This document shows positions 1 to 9,353 of a stretch of DNA of 64,000 bases, one piece after another (position 1 is the first letter of the stretch; every line of letters begins with the position of its first letter). Under the pieces are notes generated by a model. That model ran no database searches and was not told the DNA's origin. It saw only the letters and a program-made list of their open reading frames with translations. The position numbers were made by a program, and so were the translations under genes. Location: positions 329,646-393,645 of the forward strand of contig JBNOKO010000001.1 of the NCBI GenBank assembly GCA_050311575.1, in the 5' to 3' direction. The stretch is from Candidatus Krakonobacterium acarorum. GTDB taxonomy: Bacteria; Bacteroidota; Bacteroidia; SolTP2.

Positions 1-1
1 T

Positions 2-391
2 TGACTCATTTAATAAAAACAAGTCTTTGGTTTCCATTTGACAATTCCCAGCAAATACAGCTCCTGATTCAATTATAATAGTTTTTGTTTGTATGTCTCC
101 TTGTATTTTACAGTTAGTTTTTAGTACGATATTATCCTTTACCTTTATATTGCCAATTATACAACCTGATATTTCTGCATTTTGGCAATATATATTACCT
201 TCGATTATCCCATTTTCGCCTATCAGCACTCGATTTTCAGAGCTAATATCACCTTTTATATGGCCATCAATACGTATATCATTTTTACATTTTATTTCCC
301 CGGCGATAAACGTTCCTGAACCTATTAAGGTTAACGAATAATCATTTATTTGGGAATTGTAATTATCTACTTTTTTTTTAGGACTAAACAT
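2..391 (-). CDS. Bactofilin (polymer-forming cytoskeletal protein), 3' end runs off the window
   Basis: Manual translation from ATG at 391 (not in ORF track): MFSPKKK...LTLIGSGTFIAGEIKCKNDIRIDGHIKGDI...VLIGENGIIEGNI...AEISGCIIGNIKV...IQGDIQTKTIIIESGAVFAGNCQM, the bactofilin beta-helix pattern. Confidence 0.9.
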   Translation of the reverse strand, partial: MFSPKKKVDNYNSQINDYSLTLIGSGTFIAGEIKCKNDIRIDGHIKGDISSENRVLIGENGIIEGNIYCQNAEISGCIIGNIKVKDNIVLKTNCKIQGDIQTKTIIIESGAVFAGNCQMETKDLFLLNES

Positions 392-420
392 GTTTTTTAT
401 AGCTTTTAATTAGTTCAATT

Positions 421-1416
421 TTATTTTTTCTTAAGCCAATTAGCAGTTTCTACTACTCCATCAGCTAAGCTGTGGAATTCACAAAAGTTTAAATCTTTTG
501 TAAGGGCTAAATCCAGGGCTTGCCAGTTCCGCTCTCTCAATATAAAATATTTTTCTCTATTTAATAGAATCCTCCTCTTAAAAAGTTTACCTATAACAGT
601 TCCGCAGATAGCTACTAAAAATACGAGAGATAACGGTAATCGAATCTTAATAGTTTTTTTATTGAGTGCTTTTTTTATTGTATTTAAAAAATCAGTGTGA
701 CTATAAGATTTATTGTCGCCAGCTATATAAGTTTTGTTGCTTAGGGTTATATTTTGTGCTAATAAGCCTATAATTTTAGCTAAATCTTTTACGTAGATAA
801 AGCTTGCAAAAGATTCCTTAAATCCTAGATGTATTTGGATGCCCTTTTGTATCAATTTAAAACACTGTATGCAATCCGGATCTTTGGGCCCGTAAATAGC
901 AGTTGGTCTTAATATTATGTATGGGATGGAAGAGTTGAATTTTATATAATTTTCGGCTAGTAACTTGCTTTTACCGTACATACATATAGGATTAGCCTCG
1001 TTACTTGTAGTTATAGGCTTTTTCAAGTCCTTGCCAGGTCCTTGGGCAGCTAAGGAGCTTATAAATATAATTTTTCTTAGGTTCTTAATTTTAGTTTTAT
1101 TGATAGCGTCTATTAAGTTTTTAGTATAGACGAAGTTTACAGTGTAAAAATCTTCTTTTTTACTTGCGCTTGTTATCCCTGCTACGTGTATTATTAAATC
1201 AGGCTCGATTTGTAATAGCAATTTACCCAAAGCTTGGGTGTCACTATAAATAGGGTTAATAATCCTAATAGGGAGGCCTTCTATATTCTTTAAATTGCTG
1301 CTAGATCGTACGAAAGCAAACACGTTATTCCCGTCATCTAACAATTGTTGGCAGATGAAGCTTCCAAGAAAACCATTAGCTCCTGTTACTATTATATTTA
1401 AAGGGGCATTAGCCAT
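421..1416 (-). CDS. Extended SDR / NAD-dependent epimerase-dehydratase family; candidate ceramide reductase (CerR-like)
   Basis: TGANGFLG Rossmann motif, YGKSK (YxxxK), LRPTAIYGP; 14 bp downstream of spt. Family is confident; the CerR role is inferred from context. Confidence 0.8.
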   Translation of the reverse strand: MANAPLNIIVTGANGFLGSFICQQLLDDGNNVFAFVRSSSNLKNIEGLPIRIINPIYSDTQALGKLLLQIEPDLIIHVAGITSASKKEDFYTVNFVYTKNLIDAINKTKIKNLRKIIFISSLAAQGPGKDLKKPITTSNEANPICMYGKSKLLAENYIKFNSSIPYIILRPTAIYGPKDPDCIQCFKLIQKGIQIHLGFKESFASFIYVKDLAKIIGLLAQNITLSNKTYIAGDNKSYSHTDFLNTIKKALNKKTIKIRLPLSLVFLVAICGTVIGKLFKRRILLNREKYFILRERNWQALDLALTKDLNFCEFHSLADGVVETANWLKKK

Positions 1417-1430
1417 TAATTAATATAAGC

Positions 1431-2666
1431 TTATAGAATGTTTAGGCTTTTAGAGTGTCTATATATTTTATCTATAGCGATATCTATTTGCTCTCTGGTG
1501 TGTGTAGCCATTAATGATATTCTTATAAGTGTAGAGTCATGCGAAGTTGCGGGATGTATTACCGGGTTAACAAATATACCATCGTTTTGCAGATTCATAG
1601 TAAGTTTAAAGGTCTTCTCGTTATCACGAATATATAAAGGTATTATCGGCGTTTCAGAAGCTCCGGTATCAAATCCCAGCTCGTTAAAAATTTTTATAGC
1701 GTAGCGTGTATTTTTCCATAATTGTTCATGACGCCATGGCTCTTCTTTTATGACCTCTAGCGCTGCTAATACACTTGCCGTATTTGCAGGAGACATACTG
1801 GCGCTAAAAATAAAGGATCTCGAGCATGATTTTAAGTAGTTTATTATGTCTTTATCACCAGCGATAAACCCTCCTATAGAGGCTAAGGTTTTGCTAAATG
1901 TACCCATTATAAAATGTGTATCATCAGTAAGGTTAAAATGGTCTGCTGCTCCCTTTCCGTTATTGCCTAATATGCCAATACCGTGAGAATCATCAATCAT
2001 TACATGTGCATTATGTTTTTTAGCAACTTTTACTAGTTCCGGAAGCTTAACAATATCGCCTTCCATGCTAAAGACACCTTCGCTGATAATTAGCTTAAGC
2101 TTGTTCCCTTTGCATTCACTAAGTACCTCATCTAAGTGTTCCATATCATTGTGCCTATGTTTAAACGATTTTGCAAAGCTTAGTCTTTTAGCATCGATTA
2201 TGGAAGCATGTCCCAGCTCGTCAACTATAAGGTAACTATTTCTGTCAGCCAGGGCAGGAATAGCACCGATATTAACTTGAAACCCTGTGGTAAACAGCAT
2301 AGCTGCTTGTTTGCCGATAAAATCCGCAAGCTTGTCTTCCAGTTCTAAATGCAAATCGAGTGTTCCGTTAAGCATCCTGGAGCCTGCGCACCCTGTTCCA
2401 TATTTATTGATCGCATCTATAGCAGCCTGTTTGATTTTTGGATGCCCTGTTAAACCTAAATAACTATTTGAACCGAACATAAGGACAGGCTTTCCGTTCA
2501 TTATAACTTCTGTATCAAGCCCGGATTCAATAGGGCGCATAAACAACTTACCTACAGGAGTGTAAAACATTTGCATCGCAACAGAATCGCTTACTCTTTT
2601 AACTAGAGGGTCAGGCTGAATGGAAGTTTTATCGCAAGTATCCTTCCATAAATCATTTGTATTCAT
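1431..2666 (-). CDS. spt: Serine palmitoyltransferase (PLP-dependent alpha-oxoamine synthase)
   Basis: MFGSNSYLGLT, GSRMLNGT, HASIID, DDSHG and GTFSKTLAS (PLP Lys) motifs; N-terminus resembles Bacteroidota SPT more than BioF/Kbl. Confidence 0.85.
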   Translation of the reverse strand: MNTNDLWKDTCDKTSIQPDPLVKRVSDSVAMQMFYTPVGKLFMRPIESGLDTEVIMNGKPVLMFGSNSYLGLTGHPKIKQAAIDAINKYGTGCAGSRMLNGTLDLHLELEDKLADFIGKQAAMLFTTGFQVNIGAIPALADRNSYLIVDELGHASIIDAKRLSFAKSFKHRHNDMEHLDEVLSECKGNKLKLIISEGVFSMEGDIVKLPELVKVAKKHNAHVMIDDSHGIGILGNNGKGAADHFNLTDDTHFIMGTFSKTLASIGGFIAGDKDIINYLKSCSRSFIFSASMSPANTASVLAALEVIKEEPWRHEQLWKNTRYAIKIFNELGFDTGASETPIIPLYIRDNEKTFKLTMNLQNDGIFVNPVIHPATSHDSTLIRISLMATHTREQIDIAIDKIYRHSKSLNIL

Positions 2667-2686
2667 TGTTGTCTATTTACATTAAA

Positions 2687-2700
2687 TTATTGCGCAATAA
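2687..2700. promoter_or_regulatory. Perfect 14-bp palindrome TTATTGCGCAATAA upstream of spt
   Basis: Read directly; lies 21-34 bp upstream of the spt ATG; function not established. Confidence 0.4.
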
Positions 2701-2862
2701 TAAGTTACGTTGTTAAAATATTTGTAACAGTTTAAAGAGGATTTTACCCTAAAGTTATTATTATATAAATTAGCAACATGATTATACTTTGAGGTCTCTA
2801 CCTTGCTATAACTATATTATGCTAACCAAATTAAACCATAAAATAACTTTAGAAAACAAACT

Positions 2863-2870
2863 CAAAGATA
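2863..2870 (-). promoter_or_regulatory. Bacteroidota -7 promoter element TATCTTTG, oriented toward spt
   Basis: Exact TAnnTTTG match on the minus strand about 200 bp upstream of spt. Confidence 0.4.
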
Positions 2871-2902
2871 AAGAAAATATGCTTATTAATTAAAAAACAA
2901 GA

Positions 2903-2936
2903 TTTATAGAACAAAATTTATAGAACAAAATTTATA
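2903..2936. repeat. 14-bp tandem repeat (TTTATAGAACAAAA) x2 plus partial copy
   Basis: Copies at 2903-2916 and 2917-2930, then TTTATA at 2931-2936. Confidence 0.8.
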
Positions 2937-3107
2937 TAAATATACATCTAAGCCCGGTAAAGCCTATAATTATTAAAAATAGTTTAAATCAGAGAATGTT
3001 AAAAATTATATGTATTAACTATAGGACATTAACACTATTTTTGTTTATGTTAAAATAGCAACATACAAATATTATTGGCTATAACCCACTCCATTATAAA
3101 CAAATAT

Positions 3108-6100
3108 ATGAAAACACAAGTAAAAGGGGCTGTGAAATTAAACAGGTACTTTACAAAGCAAGATATCGATCCATTTGCCCAGTTTGTATACGAACAAAGA
3201 AGTTCCATAATTAGGAATCCTAACGGGGATATTGTTTTTGAACTAAAAAACGTAGAAGTTCCTAAAGGATTCTCGCAAGTTGCAACCGATATCCTAGCCC
3301 AAAAATATTTTCGTAAAGCTGGTGTAAAGCAAAAAGATGGCAGCTTAGGTTCTGAAACTTCTGTAAAACAAGTGGTGCATCGTATAGTAGATTGTTGGCG
3401 TAAATGGGGAAGCAATTATGGATATTTTGAAACAGAACGAGACGCTCAAATATTTTATGATGAATTAGTATACTGCTTGTTAGGACAAATAGCTGCGCCT
3501 AATTCTCCACAATGGTTTAATACAGGTCTATATGAAAGCTATGGAATAAAAGGGGCACCACAAGGTCACTATTATGTGGACCCTAACAGCGAAGAAATCA
3601 AGCGATCGACCTCTGCATACGAAAGGCCTCAACCTCATGCATGCTTTATACTATCTGTAAAAGATAACTTAGTTAATGACGAGGGTATAATAGATTTAAT
3701 ATTGCGAGAAGCTCGAATTTTTAAATACGGCTCTGGAGTGGGTACTAATTTTTCGCAAATAAGGGGAGCCAATGAAAAACTATCAGGTGGCGGATATTCA
3801 TCAGGGCTTATGTCGTTCTTAAGAATAGGAGATAGAGCTGCTGGGGCAATAAAGTCTGGTGGAACTACACGAAGAGCTGCAAAAATGGTATGTTTAGATT
3901 TAGACCATCCAGAGATAGAAGAGTTTATAGGCTGGAAAGCTACAGAAGAAAAAAAAGTTGCAGCTTTAATAAAATCTGGATACGATTCTTCGTTTGAAGG
4001 CGAAGCTTACAATACTGTATCAGGGCAAAATTCAAATAATTCTGTACGGGTACCAGACGAGTTCTTCGCAGCCCTTAAAGAAAAAAAATCTTGGAAGCTT
4101 ATTGGACGAACTGATAAAAAAATCATAAAAGAAGTTCCTGCCCAAGAACTATGGGATAAATTAGCCAAAGCAGCATGGGCCTGCGCAGATCCTGGCGTAC
4201 AATTTGACACAACCATAAATCAATGGCATACCTGCCCTGAAGGTGGGCGCATAAATGCATCTAACCCATGCTCAGAATATATGTTTCTAGATGATACCGC
4301 ATGTAACCTGGCATCTATAAATCTAAAACATTTTTTTGATCCGGAAACTTTAACATTTGATATAGAAGGGCTAAAGTATGTCTCTAAACTTCTAACCATA
4401 GCGCTGGAAATATCTGTATTAATGGCTCAATTTCCATCAGAAAAAATAGCTCAACTGTCCTACGAATATCGCACTTTAGGTTTAGGATATGCGAATTTAG
4501 GATCAGTATTTATGATGGCTGGCATACCTTATGATAGCAAAGAAGCACGAACAATAGCAGGCGCCCTAACAGCTATAATGACTGGAACGGCATATAAAAC
4601 ATCTGCAGAAATGGCCGCTTTGCTAGGACCATTTAAAGGGTATGAAAAAAATGCTAAGCATATGCTTAGAGTAATAAAGAACCATAGAAAAGCTGTCTAT
4701 GGCAATGAAAAATACGAAGGATTAAACATCAAACCATATGAAATAGATTCTGCTGTTTGTCCTAAAGATTTATATGAGGCTGCCTGTCGTGCCTGGGACG
4801 ATGCATTAGAACTTGGCCAGGCTCATGGATATAGAAATGCTCAGACAACAGTAATAGCCCCAACCGGCACAATAGGATTATTAATGGATTGTGATACGAC
4901 GGGTATAGAGCCGGATTTTGCATTAGTGAAATTTAAAAAATTATCGGGAGGAGGATATTTTAAAATAATAAATCAGTCTATACCTGTTGCTCTAAAAAAT
5001 CTTGGATATAAAAAAAATGAGGTAACATCTATAGTAAATTATGTTAAAGGAGTTCCATCATTTGACAAATCGCCGTTTGTCAACAAAGAAGCTCTGCTAG
5101 AGAAAGGATTTAATAGTCAGGATATAAAAACTTTGAATCAGGCTGCGGAGTGGGCATTTGATATCAATTCTATATTCAGCCCCTGGGTGCTGGGAGAAAA
5201 ATGCTTTAAGAGTTTAGGGATACCTGAAGAAGCTTATAATAACCCTAATTTCAATCTTTTAAAACATCTTGAATTCAGTAATGCTGAAATACAAGAAGCT
5301 AATAAATATATTTGTGGAGCAATGACTATCGAGGGAGCTCCATTCTTGAAAAAAGAGCATTATCCAATTTTTGACTGCGCAAATAAATGTGGAGAAACAG
5401 GAAGCAGGTACATAAGTTTTGAAGGACACATAAATATGATGGCAGCGGTGCAGCCTTTCTTGTCAGGCGCTATATCTAAAACTATCAATATGCCTAATGA
5501 AGCAACGGTAGAAGATATAAAAAATTGTTACCATTTAAGTTGGCAATTAGGGTTAAAAGCCAACGCTATATACCGAGACGGCTGTAAAATGTCTCAACCG
5601 TTATCAACAAAATCAGATAGTATAAAACAAGATGAACCTTCAAAGGATATAATCACAAAAGATTTAACTCCGGAGCAGGTTATAGAAGCGGCAAAAAAAA
5701 TTATAGATAATTCGGGGGACACTACATTTATGCGGGAATTATCTAAAATAGTAGAACGAAAGCAGTTGCCACAAAAACGTAGAGGATTTACCCAAAAAGC
5801 AAAAGTTGGCGGGCAAAATCTATTCGTTAGGACAGGGGAGTATAGCGATGGAACGCTTGGAGAAATTTTTATAGATATGCATAAAGAAGGAGCCTCATTT
5901 AGATCATTAATGAACTGTTTTGCAATAGCTGTTTCTATAGGGTTACAATATGGAGTCCCTTTAGACGAATTTGTTAAAAAATTTACCTTTACTCGTTTCG
6001 AACCATCAGGTATGGTTATAGGACATGATAATATAAAAAGCGCAACATCTATTATCGATTATATATTTAGGCTTTTAGGTTACGAATATTTAGATAGAGT

Positions 6101-6365
6101 AGACTTAGTACATGTAGTTGCAAATAAACAAATAGATGTTTTGGAAGACGAAATAAAAAACAATAAAATAATTGATTCTCAAAAACAAGTTAATAAAAGC
6201 AAGCGGGCAGCAGTTACAGAAAGCTATAGCTTAGAACATGCAAATGATTTTCTAAAGACATTACAAAGCGATTCACCTTCATGTAGTGTATGCGGACATT
6301 TGACGATTAGATCCGGGACCTGCTATAAGTGTTTGAATTGTGGAAATTCTATAGGGTGTAGCTAA
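3108..6365 (+). CDS. nrdJ: Vitamin B12-dependent (class II) ribonucleotide reductase
   Basis: PNSPQWFNTG, HACFI, NPCSEY, CNLAS, APTGT motifs; C-terminal TSCPD region and CxxC...CxxC...GCS tail; start uncertain (3075, 3108 or 3132). Confidence 0.95.
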   Translation: MKTQVKGAVKLNRYFTKQDIDPFAQFVYEQRSSIIRNPNGDIVFELKNVEVPKGFSQVATDILAQKYFRKAGVKQKDGSLGSETSVKQVVHRIVDCWRKWGSNYGYFETERDAQIFYDELVYCLLGQIAAPNSPQWFNTGLYESYGIKGAPQGHYYVDPNSEEIKRSTSAYERPQPHACFILSVKDNLVNDEGIIDLILREARIFKYGSGVGTNFSQIRGANEKLSGGGYSSGLMSFLRIGDRAAGAIKSGGTTRRAAKMVCLDLDHPEIEEFIGWKATEEKKVAALIKSGYDSSFEGEAYNTVSGQNSNNSVRVPDEFFAALKEKKSWKLIGRTDKKIIKEVPAQELWDKLAKAAWACADPGVQFDTTINQWHTCPEGGRINASNPCSEYMFLDDTACNLASINLKHFFDPETLTFDIEGLKYVSKLLTIALEISVLMAQFPSEKIAQLSYEYRTLGLGYANLGSVFMMAGIPYDSKEARTIAGALTAIMTGTAYKTSAEMAALLGPFKGYEKNAKHMLRVIKNHRKAVYGNEKYEGLNIKPYEIDSAVCPKDLYEAACRAWDDALELGQAHGYRNAQTTVIAPTGTIGLLMDCDTTGIEPDFALVKFKKLSGGGYFKIINQSIPVALKNLGYKKNEVTSIVNYVKGVPSFDKSPFVNKEALLEKGFNSQDIKTLNQAAEWAFDINSIFSPWVLGEKCFKSLGIPEEAYNNPNFNLLKHLEFSNAEIQEANKYICGAMTIEGAPFLKKEHYPIFDCANKCGETGSRYISFEGHINMMAAVQPFLSGAISKTINMPNEATVEDIKNCYHLSWQLGLKANAIYRDGCKMSQPLSTKSDSIKQDEPSKDIITKDLTPEQVIEAAKKIIDNSGDTTFMRELSKIVERKQLPQKRRGFTQKAKVGGQNLFVRTGEYSDGTLGEIFIDMHKEGASFRSLMNCFAIAVSIGLQYGVPLDEFVKKFTFTRFEPSGMVIGHDNIKSATSIIDYIFRLLGYEYLDRVDLVHVVANKQIDVLEDEIKNNKIIDSQKQVNKSKRAAVTESYSLEHANDFLKTLQSDSPSCSVCGHLTIRSGTCYKCLNCGNSIGCS

Positions 6366-6428
6366 AAAACTAAAAGCTATTTATTAACTAAACAATAAAT
6401 AATAATAAAATAATAGTTATAAAACTAA

Positions 6429-8717
6429 ATGGAAAATCGAAACAAAGCTATTAACAACTATGAGAATTTAGTACAAGATGCATTAAAATACCATTCCAAA
6501 GGCAGACCTGGAAAAATATCTGTAGTTCCAACTAAATCTACAAGTTCACAACGGGATTTATCGCTAGCCTATTCGCCTGGAGTAGCCGAGCCATGTAAAC
6601 AAATTGCCAAGAACAAGCAAGACGTATATAAATATACAGCCAAGGGCAATTTAGTTGCAGTAATAAGTAATGGAACCGCTGTTTTAGGGTTGGGCAACAT
6701 AGGGCCGGAAGCAAGCAAGCCTGTAATGGAAGGAAAAGCAGTATTGTTTAAAATATTTGCAGATATAGACGTTTTTGATATAGAGCTTAACGCAACCACA
6801 GTCGAAGAATTTATTAATGCGGTAAAAGCTTTAGAGCCTACTTTTGGAGGAATAAACCTGGAAGATATAAAATCACCTGAATGTTTTGAGATCGAAAGAC
6901 GTTTAAAAGAAGAACTATCTATTCCTGTAATGCACGACGATCAGCATGGTACAGCTATAATATCCGGCGCAGCTTTAATCAATGCTTTAGAGATTCAGAA
7001 AAAAAATATAGAATCTGCCAAATTTGTAGTATTAGGGGCTGGCGCCGCTGCCATATCTTGTACAAGGCTATATAAATTATTAGGAGCCAAAGCCGAAAAT
7101 ATAATAATGATAGACTCACAAGGGGTAATACGAGCAGACAGAGAAAATCTTAGCGATTTAAAAAAAGAATTTGCAACCACAAAGAATATATACACTCTGG
7201 AAGAGGCTATGGATGGGGCAGATATATTTATAGGATTATCAAAAGCAAATACTCTAACCGAAAGCACTTTGCAGCGAATGGCCCTTAATGCAATAGTATT
7301 TGCAATGGCAAACCCGGACCCGGAGATTGCCTACGAAAAAGCCATAAGTGTAAGGCCTGATATTATTATGGCTACCGGCAGATCAGACTACCCAAACCAA
7401 GTAAATAACGTGTTAGGCTTTCCTTTCATATTTAGAGGCGCTTTAGATGTTAGGGCAACTGGCATAAACGAAGATATGAAGCTAGCGGCAGTTAAAGCTA
7501 TAGCCTCTCTTGCCAAGTTAGCAGTGCCAGAAGCAGTATTACAAGCTTACAATGCTAGTAGCATAACTTTTAATAAAGAATATATAATACCAAAACCTCT
7601 TGACCATAGATTAATAACGTATGTTGCACCAGCAGTAGCTAAAGCGGCTATAGATTCTGGAGTTGCACAGAAAATTATAGAAGACTGGGATGAATATATA
7701 GATTCGCTAAATACGCGTTTAGGAATTGAGCCTCAAATAATACGTAGCTTTAACATGCGAGCAAAAACAAATCCTAAACAAATAATATTTCCAGATGCAG
7801 CCAATTATAAAATAATTAAAGCAGCACGCATAATAGTTGACGAAGGTATAGCTAAGCCAATACTAATTGGAAATGAAAACGATATACAAGAAATAAATGC
7901 CAAATATTCAATAGGTCTAAATAACGTACAAATAATTGATACTAAAAACAATACAGCATTAATAGACAAATACGCTCAAGATTTATACGAAAGCAGGCAG
8001 AGAAAAGGAATATCTCTCCAGGAAGCACATTTACTAATGAAGCATAACCAGGACTATTTTGCTGCCTCGATGCTTAAAAATGACCCGGATGCTATAGTAA
8101 TAACAGGAGCTAGCAAAAATTATAAAAAATCTATAAAACCATACTTACAAATAGTTGGAGTCGACGAAAAATCAAACTTACTAACAGGTATATACATATT
8201 ATTGACAAAAAAAGAACCAATATTTCTAGCTGATGTAAGTGTAAATTTGGATCCAACCCCTATACAATTAGCAGGCATTACAGTTTTAGTTAATGATTTT
8301 GTTAAAAGTTTAAATATTGCACCAAGAATAGCATTATTATCACATTCGAATTTTGGTTCTAACACAAACCCTTATTCCATAAAAGTATCAGATACGATAA
8401 AAATTTTGCATAAAGACCATCCTGATATATTAGTTGATGGAGAATTGCAAGCTCACTTTGCTATTAATCAGACTTTGTTAAAAGAAAATTTTGCTTTCTC
8501 AAAACTTGCAGAGACAGGTGCGAATGTATTCGTATTCCCTAATTTAGATGCAGGCAATATATCTTACAATTTGATAAAAGAAATTTCAGGTACTGATTCT
8601 ATAGGGCCTATATTAACCGGAATGAATAAACCAGTTCATGTTTTACAATTTGGATGTTCTATGCGTGAAATTGTACATATGGCAACAGTTGCAGTGGTAA
8701 GTGCGCAATCAAAATAA
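6429..8717 (+). CDS. maeB: NADP-dependent malic enzyme (malic enzyme-phosphotransacetylase fusion)
   Basis: LSLAYSPGVA, KPVMEGK, INLEDI, HDDQHGTA, GRSDYPNQVNN; C-terminal PTA-like domain (FPNLDAGNI). Confidence 0.95.
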   Translation: MENRNKAINNYENLVQDALKYHSKGRPGKISVVPTKSTSSQRDLSLAYSPGVAEPCKQIAKNKQDVYKYTAKGNLVAVISNGTAVLGLGNIGPEASKPVMEGKAVLFKIFADIDVFDIELNATTVEEFINAVKALEPTFGGINLEDIKSPECFEIERRLKEELSIPVMHDDQHGTAIISGAALINALEIQKKNIESAKFVVLGAGAAAISCTRLYKLLGAKAENIIMIDSQGVIRADRENLSDLKKEFATTKNIYTLEEAMDGADIFIGLSKANTLTESTLQRMALNAIVFAMANPDPEIAYEKAISVRPDIIMATGRSDYPNQVNNVLGFPFIFRGALDVRATGINEDMKLAAVKAIASLAKLAVPEAVLQAYNASSITFNKEYIIPKPLDHRLITYVAPAVAKAAIDSGVAQKIIEDWDEYIDSLNTRLGIEPQIIRSFNMRAKTNPKQIIFPDAANYKIIKAARIIVDEGIAKPILIGNENDIQEINAKYSIGLNNVQIIDTKNNTALIDKYAQDLYESRQRKGISLQEAHLLMKHNQDYFAASMLKNDPDAIVITGASKNYKKSIKPYLQIVGVDEKSNLLTGIYILLTKKEPIFLADVSVNLDPTPIQLAGITVLVNDFVKSLNIAPRIALLSHSNFGSNTNPYSIKVSDTIKILHKDHPDILVDGELQAHFAINQTLLKENFAFSKLAETGANVFVFPNLDAGNISYNLIKEISGTDSIGPILTGMNKPVHVLQFGCSMREIVHMATVAVVSAQSK

Positions 8718-8741
8718 TGAAACAATAATATAAATAAATAT

Positions 8742-9344
8742 ATGATATCTTATATCAAGGGAAAAATAGTGTATAAAAGCCCAACATATATTATATTAGA
8801 GGTTAATAATATAGGGTATCATATAAAAATATCTTTAAATACTTACGAACAATTAAATAACCAAACAAAAGAACCAGACGCCAGCACTTTAATACTCACT
8901 TTGGTACATATAAAAGAAGATGCGCATACTATCTATGGTTTTTGTAGCGAACACGAAAGATATTTATTTAAGCAACTAATAACCGTAAACGGAATAGGAT
9001 ATTCTACGGCTAATATAGCCTTATCGTATTTGACACCAAGCGAATTAGAAGAAGCTATATTAGCTGCTCGTGTAGATATAATAAAAAAGATAAAAGGTAT
9101 AGGTGAAAAATCGGCTAGTAGAATAGTATTAGAGCTAAAAGATAAATTAACAAAAACCAATAGTACAAGCATATCGCAGGCAAATCAGATAGGTAGTCAA
9201 AACAAAGACCTGGCGCAAAATGCCTTAGTTGCTTTAGGATTTTCCAGAGCAATGGTAGAGAAAATAGTTAATAAAATATATTCTAACACAATTACTGATA
9301 AAAGCGTGGAGGCGCTTGTAAAAGAGGCATTAAAACAGTTATAA
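8742..9344 (+). CDS. ruvA: Holliday junction branch migration protein RuvA
   Basis: MISYIKG, IKEDAHTIYGF, LITVNGIG, IKGIGEKSASRIVLELKDK, ALVALGF. Confidence 0.95.
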   Translation: MISYIKGKIVYKSPTYIILEVNNIGYHIKISLNTYEQLNNQTKEPDASTLILTLVHIKEDAHTIYGFCSEHERYLFKQLITVNGIGYSTANIALSYLTPSELEEAILAARVDIIKKIKGIGEKSASRIVLELKDKLTKTNSTSISQANQIGSQNKDLAQNALVALGFSRAMVEKIVNKIYSNTITDKSVEALVKEALKQL

Positions 9345-9353
9345 AATATATTA

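Noticed and set aside
93-341. 82-aa plus-strand ORF in the track
   Set aside because: Antisense shadow of the bactofilin gene, which is the real CDS on the minus strand
3028-3055. dif-like site: TTATGTTAAAA resembles the XerD arm
   Set aside because: The XerC arm (ATTAACACTAT) and spacer do not fit; such 11-mers are expected by chance in AT-rich DNA
3031-3079. Possible NrdR boxes upstream of nrdJ
   Set aside because: Only partial matches to acaCwAtATaTwGtgt, with wrong spacing or a missing conserved C
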